The notes under the pieces were generated by a model. It ran no database searches. It was not told the DNA's origin and saw nothing but the letters and a program-made list of their open reading frames with translations. Of a stretch of 64,000 bases of DNA, positions 57,691-64,000 are shown in pieces. The translations under genes and the position numbers were made by a program. Position 1 is the stretch's first letter. Every line of letters begins with the position of its first letter. Source of the stretch: the human T2T-CHM13v2.0 reference genome, Homo sapiens; NCBI RefSeq assembly GCF_009914755.1, contig NC_060926.1, one strand, 5' to 3'.

Positions 57691-58132
57691 CAGTTATGCA
57701 TTGCTTAGTGATGGGATACATTTTGAGAAATGCATCATTAGGCAATTTTGTCATTGTGTGAACATCATAGAGTGTACTCACATAAACCTAGATGATATAT
57801 ACATTTTTTATCTGCATATACTTTTTCATATGGGAAACCAAATGTTCCAGCACCATTAGTAAATACCAATGATTTCTCTTCCTTGATATGCAATGCCAAT
57901 ATCAAGTGCCATATATCAGGTTTCTTTTTTAAAAAAAATAGAGACGAGGTCTTGCTCTGTTGCCCAGGTTGGTCTTGAACTCCTGGCCTCAAGTGATCCT
58001 CCTGCCTTAGTCTCCCAAAATGCTGAGATTATAGGTATGAACCACCACACGCAGCCTCAGGTTATCTTATGGGACCACCATCATACATGCAGTCTGTCGT
58101 TGACTGAAACATTGCTGTGCAGTGCATGGTTA
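57691..58132 (+). mobile_element. Tigger3 (GOLEM/MER7)-type DNA transposon with foreign sequence inside
   Basis: cagttatgcattgcttagtgatgggataca..tgagaaatgcatcattaggc ... cttatgggaccaccatcatacatgcagtctgtcgttgactgaaac. Confidence 0.8.
57925..58056 (-). mobile_element. Alu monomer (FLAM-like)
   Basis: agagacgaggtcttgctctgttgcccagg..ggtcttgaactcctggcctcaagtgatcctcc; tcaggtt flanks both sides. Confidence 0.88.
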
Positions 58133-59244
58133 TATACTGAAATTTACCAAAACTAAAAATTTTGTGCACCCAAAGACACAGTTAAAAAAACTGAAAGGCA
58201 ATTCACAGTTTGGGAAAAAGTATTTGTAAAACACATAATTGACAAAGGGCTTTTATGGAGAATAGTATATAAAGACTCTTAATATTCAATAATAAGAAGA
58301 GAAACAACCCTATAATAATGAGCAAAAAATTTGAATAGATACTCCAGAAAATAAGACATATTAACAGTCAGTATGCACATATCATTTGTCATGAAAGAAA
58401 TGCAGATTTAGAGCACAAGGAGATACCAAGAACCTAGGAAAGTTAAAGTTTGGCAACACCAAATGCTGATGATGCTGTGAATAAACTAATACGCTTGAAT
58501 ATTTCCGGTGTGATCTTTTAAATTGTACAATTGCACTGAAAACAGTTTGGCAGTGTCTTAGAAAGGTTAATACGCAATTATCATTCCTAGATATTTGATT
58601 GAGGCAAATTGAAAATATGTTTATGCAAACAGAAGTTTATTATATAAAAATAGTGATAGCTATTTTATTTATTATAGCGCTCAACCAGAAACAATAGAAA
58701 TGTCTGTCAAGAAGCAATTTAAGGTGCATTTATACAATGGAATACTTTTTATCAGCAGAGAAACAAACCATCAACACATGCAACAACATATTTATAGCTA
58801 TACCCCCCTCCTCCCTCCCTTCCTGGCAACCACTAATGCGTTCTCCATTTTCAAAAGTTTGTCATTTGAAAAATATTATTAGCATTTGAAAAATACTATA
58901 AATAGAATCATAAAGTGTGTAACCTTTTGGATGGACTTTTTCCACTTTGTATAATTCTGTATTGAATATATCATGAGTAAATGCAAAAGAACCATTTGTG
59001 GTGGATCTTCTGACTTTAAGAGGCCTGTGTCTAACATTTTTCACTTCATCCAAGTTCTATTTTCTTTCCAAGGACTATTTTTTTCAAGTCTGTATTTGAG
59101 TCAGAAATAATGTTGTTTTTCTAGTAGCATGATATAGCCTAAAAATGTAAAGTTGAAATTATTGATTTGTCTTTTGATGCAAATTGCCTTTTTTTCAAAT
59201 ATTAATAAAGATTCTTTTTAAAGTGACAGTTTAAAAAATGTTTA

Positions 59245-60870
59245 GATGTCTGAGAAGAATGGTGCGTGTACTAGGAAGCTCCAAGCCCTGTTTCTTCATA
59301 GAAACATTAAAAACAACCAGAAACTAACTGGACAACTTTTATAGGAGCTCTGGAAAACAATCAAGGGTCTAAAGAAACCAAGTGAACACCCAGTTAAGAA
59401 AAAGCCACTTTCAAAATGGTAGTAAATGTCATGGGGTTTCTATTTACCCTTGCCTTACTCCCTAAGTTACAAGATATTCTTGGTCTATAGGAGGAAGCAT
59501 CCCAGCTCCCAGCCTTCTCTCTCAACTGAAGGGAACAGAGCAGACCCTACTGACAGTATTCCAACCCATCTAGGCACTACCTACCGGATGTTTCTCTGCC
59601 TTGTCTAACTCAGATCTCAGGCAGGGAAAAAGCAGCAAGAACAGCTCATGAGAGCAGTGCACAGACTCCAACCTGGGAATCTGGGGCAAGACACTTGGAA
59701 AAAGAGATTTATAGTGGAGACATAAAATGACCACTTCAGGCCCTAGGGAGAAGCTGGAGTGAGACCATTTGGGAAATTAATACATTCAAAAGTAGCCATG
59801 GATAAATGGGAATTGAGAAAGTCACATGAAGGCCCAGGTAAGATGCATGCTCAGAAAGGGCCTGAGAAGACTGTTTTCATCTTGGACTGATCCCCAGGCT
59901 CAGGGTGAGGATTGCAGCCGCACAGAGCCAATTGGCAGAGACTGGAAGAGGTGGCTGTTTTCTCAAATGTCCAATTTTTAACAAAAATAACAAGGTGAAG
60001 AAACAGGAAAACATAACCCACTCAAATAAATACAATTAATTGGCAGAGATACCATCCTTAAAGAGGAAGAATTGGAATTACTAGACAGAGACTTTAAAAT
60101 ATCTTCCATAGTATGTTCAAAAGCAAAAGGAAAAAATGAACCAAGGACTAAAGAAAATCAGGAAAACAATATACGAACAAAATAAGAATACCAACAAAGA
60201 GACAGGAATTATGAAAAGGAACCAAGCAGAAATTCTGGAGCTGGAAAACATAATGACTGAATTCAAAAATTCACTGGAAGGATTAAGTCAATCTTGACGC
60301 AGAAGAACAAAATTAGAGAATTTATAATATCAGGCTTCAAGACTTATTCTAAAGCTACAACACTCAAGACAGTGTGCAAGTGTATAAAACTGAACTAGGA
60401 AACAAAATAAAATATCCAAAAATAGACCTATATATGAGACAGTCACCTTATTCATAACAAAGAATTCACTGCAACTAAGCAAGGGAAAGGATGATCTTAA
60501 TAAATAGTGCTGGACCAATCGGGCCCCCAAATGAAAAAAAATTAACATTGACATCTACCTTGCACTATACACGAACATTAATCTAGGATGTAACATAGAC
60601 ATAAACATAAAAGTCATATGAAAGATAAAGCAATAACACTGCTAGAAGAAAACATAAAAGAACAATTTTATTAACCCAGATTAGGCTAAGATTTCTCAAA
60701 CAGAAACAAAAAAGCACTAAATATAAAGGCAAATTATAAATGCTAAACACATTAATACATAGCTTCATTCAATTAAAAAATCTTGTTTGCCAAAAGCCAG
60801 CATTAAAAGTGAAATTGTCAACTCACAAATTAGCAATGTATATATTAAACCAAGGACTTTCATTCAGACA
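59245..60870 (+). mobile_element. Old L1: 5' region and ORF1 start joined to a distal ORF2 fragment
   Basis: ggaattactagacagagactttaaaat...gaaattctggagctggaaaac (ORF1), then caagacttattctaaagctaca (late ORF2) from ~60335. Confidence 0.72.
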
Positions 60871-60879
60871 TATCCTTAC

Positions 60880-61020
60880 CTGTTCCTGTATCTGTATTCT
60901 CTGCCCCACTCCATGCTTCCCTGACTCTAGGTTCAGTGTGTGACTTGCTTGGGCAGATGGGATGTTACCAGAAGTGATACAAGGAGAGATACAATTGGGC
61001 TCCCTTACTCATTTCTCTGA
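60880..61020 (+). mobile_element. MLT1 LTR fragment
   Basis: gtgtgacttgcttgggcagatgggatgttaccagaagtgat. Confidence 0.5.
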
Positions 61021-62514
61021 TAGGTCTACTGTAAAAATTAAGAAATCAACTTCATGCAGAACTCTGTGCAGTAATTTGTAATCAATAGATGTCCAGTGAA
61101 GGAAAACTCCCTTCTTCCTTGGGTTCTTTACCAGCTAAGGCTGAGAGGGCCCCTATGGCCCTGGTGAAAATCATTAGCTTTTCCTAGTGACCAGAGGCAG
61201 GTACTGTTGGCTTCCAGTTCTATCTGAAAATATGGAATAGAGGAAGAGTAGGATATTAGAAACCAAAAACAAACAGGAGATATTTTAGTTTCACTAGTCT
61301 TCAGAGGCTCTGGAAAAAGAAATTTTCCTTTGGAATTCATCTTCTCATTTCACAAAATAAACAAATAAGCAAATATGGAGGTGGAAGTTTCTCTTTCTGG
61401 GATTGTCTGAGACTGTCAGCAAATAGTGAGAAAGTGCATAGCTATTGCAAGCAGCTAATTACAAACCCCTTAACGTTCACACTGCAATTAAAGACATTTG
61501 TTCTTGATGAAAGCCGTCCCATAAGCTTGCATGAGCCCAGTCAGGAGGCATTTCCTGGGCTCCTGAAAAACACATTCATAAATCAGGACAGCCTCTGAAT
61601 AAAAAGGGCCAATTAAAGTGATTAGTTCTCTATATAATATAGTTATTTGCAGTCATGCCTTTCATTCTCCCTCTCTCCTCTCCTCCAAGGACAAGGTTCT
61701 AAAAGCTAAACATCCATATTTCAATGTGTGCCCACATGGCTCCAAGAAAAACTCCATTAGGTAAAACAGAGAAAAGGCCAATTCTTTAGTAGTTTTCAAC
61801 ACTTTTTACCCACTGGAAAAAAAATTGACTCAGTCATGCCTCTTCACAAGCAAGCCAAAGTGTCTCACAATTTTTCCAATGCCAAGTTTGGTCTGCAGAT
61901 CCCTTGGGAGGGAGGCAGGGTGGCGAAGTGTGAGGGGAAAGGCTTAGCGCCAGAAAGATCTCATCTGAGTCACCTTGCACTCAGAGCTGCCTATCCTTGC
62001 CTGGTTCTCAGCTCCCTCTGTACCCAATGGTGACAGCATCATAGCACCTGCAGGGTGTGGCACAGATTAAATGGAACATGTGGTGCCCATAGGTCACACG
62101 CTCTTGCCCTCTTCTTCCCAGTAGAAAAAACAGCCCCTCCTGCATCTTGCAGAGGGGATGGGCCTGCATGGTAGGTGGCAGACACAATCCCTTCTGTCAT
62201 TCCCCATTGGGACTAAGGGAAGCCTCTCCATGAATGTTTAATTTCAAAATGACCTTACAGGTTTGCAAAGTGGAGGAAAAACTTCACCCCACCCCACTTT
62301 CCCAATATGAGTTCCATATTTAGTGTTATAACTCTTAGAGACAAGTCACTTGCAATTGTATACTCTTTTACATTTTAGGTGAATCATGTGCACAACAGTT
62401 CCCAGAAGTCCCCTGGGTTTCCAGCCCTATCCTCTAGTCAGCAGTCCTGAGATATACAGTGACATGAAGCAGAAGGAGTCACCTGTGGGGAGGCCTGGCC
62501 CCAGAAAGGCCTGA

Positions 62515-62695
62515 ACTCTCTGTCTTCACATGGCAGAAGTGGGCAGTTCGCTCTCTGGGGCCTCTTTTATAAGGGCACTAATCCCACTCATGAGGACTCC
62601 AGCCTCCCACAAGCCCCCCTCCAAATACCACCACACTGGGGGTTCAGATTCAACATGTGAATTTTGGGACAATGCAAACATTCAGTCTATAGTAC
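62515..62695 (-). mobile_element. MaLR LTR fragment (MLT1A-like)
   Basis: ctctctggggcctcttttataagggcactaatccca...caacatgtgaattttggg...aacattcagtctatagta. Confidence 0.85.
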
Positions 62696-64000
62696 CCCAC
62701 CCACTAGGGAATTGTCATTTGTATTTCCCAACCACTTGCCCTCTGTCTCACCTTCAAGGACAGACACAGCTCTTACCTGGGTCTGCCAGGCCACCCCTGA
62801 GTGATTGGACTCTACCCTTTGTGTCTCACTCTTTCCAGTTTCTCACCTTCTGATTCAGAAATGGCCAAAGCAAAGGGGTGCAGGTAAACCAGTTATGCAG
62901 ATTTATTTAAAACTATATTTTAAAATATAATCTTTATACCTAGATTTTTTTTTTGGTGTGTTAAATGAACAACAATAGTCTTTACTTTGGTGTGAAAATA
63001 ATATGTTCTCTCCCATTTTTTTTAAACACTTGGCCCTCTCAGTCTTCTTTTTCATCTTCACACTTCTAATATAGACATGCAGGTAAGAAATATTTTATCA
63101 TTCCAAATTTATCGTAAGAAAAAGAGCTGTGGAAACGTGTGGAAACTAACACTCGCCCGACAATAAGGAAGGTTGGGACTTGGGTGGCTGGGGGAGCATT
63201 CTACTCATTCGAAGAGACAGATGTTGCTCTCCACCCAGGTGCTGCCCACAAAAATGCAAACCCTGGGTACAGCTACTTAAGAGAAGATGGCCTCTGGATT
63301 TGTAACATGAAACCCACTGGTTGTTAAATGTACAAGTAATCCAGTGTTTTAAGCAGCCTATGGCCCAAAACCTGCAGGACAACTGCTGACTTGATTTGAC
63401 CAGAGTGTGCTCTCAGCTCTGTCCAGCCTTCACGTGGCTTTTCCACTCCAAAACTCCACCCAACAGGCTGCAAGACAGACCCAAGACTCAGTCTGGTTTG
63501 CTATATTCACATCCCGACTCTGGCCTCCTACTCAGTCTGACCTCCAGCTTCTATCTTCAGCAATTACTACTGCATAAGAATTACTACAGCCAGGCTGTCA
63601 TCAATTTTCCCTCTGAATGCCTTTCATGTTGTCATTGCCCAAGCAAGCAATATTCTCTCTCATCTTGCAATTCTGCCTGTGCAGATCCTCCCCATGCTTC
63701 ACACTTCCTCCAGGGTAGTCTCTGGAGAAGACTCCTGCCTCTTCTGCAAACTCCCAAGGTCTTCACTTGTACAAATCTCAGAAATTAATTTCAGCCTCTT
63801 TTACCATTCTATTTCCAGTGTGTTTCCTATTGCTTATCAGCTAGACTAAACTTTCTAAGATCAGATATTTCTTAGATTTGCTTATTATGATTTTCTCAGT
63901 ACTTTGCACATAGGTACTGGGAAAATAAAGTAAGACCTACTTTAAGACTTGTATTTTAGACACTGACTACTCCTCCAAATGAGACGGAAAAAACACTAAA

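Noticed and set aside
63396-63788. 130-aa ORF, and similar ORFs at 33.7-37 kb and 45.0-45.9 kb
   Set aside because: No recognisable domain or exon structure, often non-ATG starts, and lengths expected by chance.

Overview
This is primate (human-like), repeat-dense genomic DNA with no intact protein-coding gene that I can support. The main feature is a near full-length processed pseudogene of YWHAZ (14-3-3 zeta) on the minus strand (16351-19324). It has a spliced 5'UTR, intronless CDS, ~2.1 kb 3'UTR, polyA and a 14-bp target-site duplication (TSD). Its start codon is mutated ATG>ACG and it carries a 2-bp frameshift. It sits inside a near full-length ancient L1, which itself splits an L2. The rest is layered old L1s (almost all on +), about a dozen Alus, ERVL/MaLR LTRs, DNA transposons (MER6, MER2, Tigger3, Charlie-like), MIR/L2 remnants and microsatellites. 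The best non-repeat signals are a dense CACGTG E-box cluster (~40.87-41.11 kb), a homeodomain/PBX-HOX motif cluster (~61.4-61.6 kb), an orphan ~110-bp insert with a splice acceptor (~53.4 kb) and a 350-nt pure purine tract. I found no convincing previously undescribed biological system. Repeat subfamily names come from recalled consensus sequences, and boundaries of old repeats are approximate.
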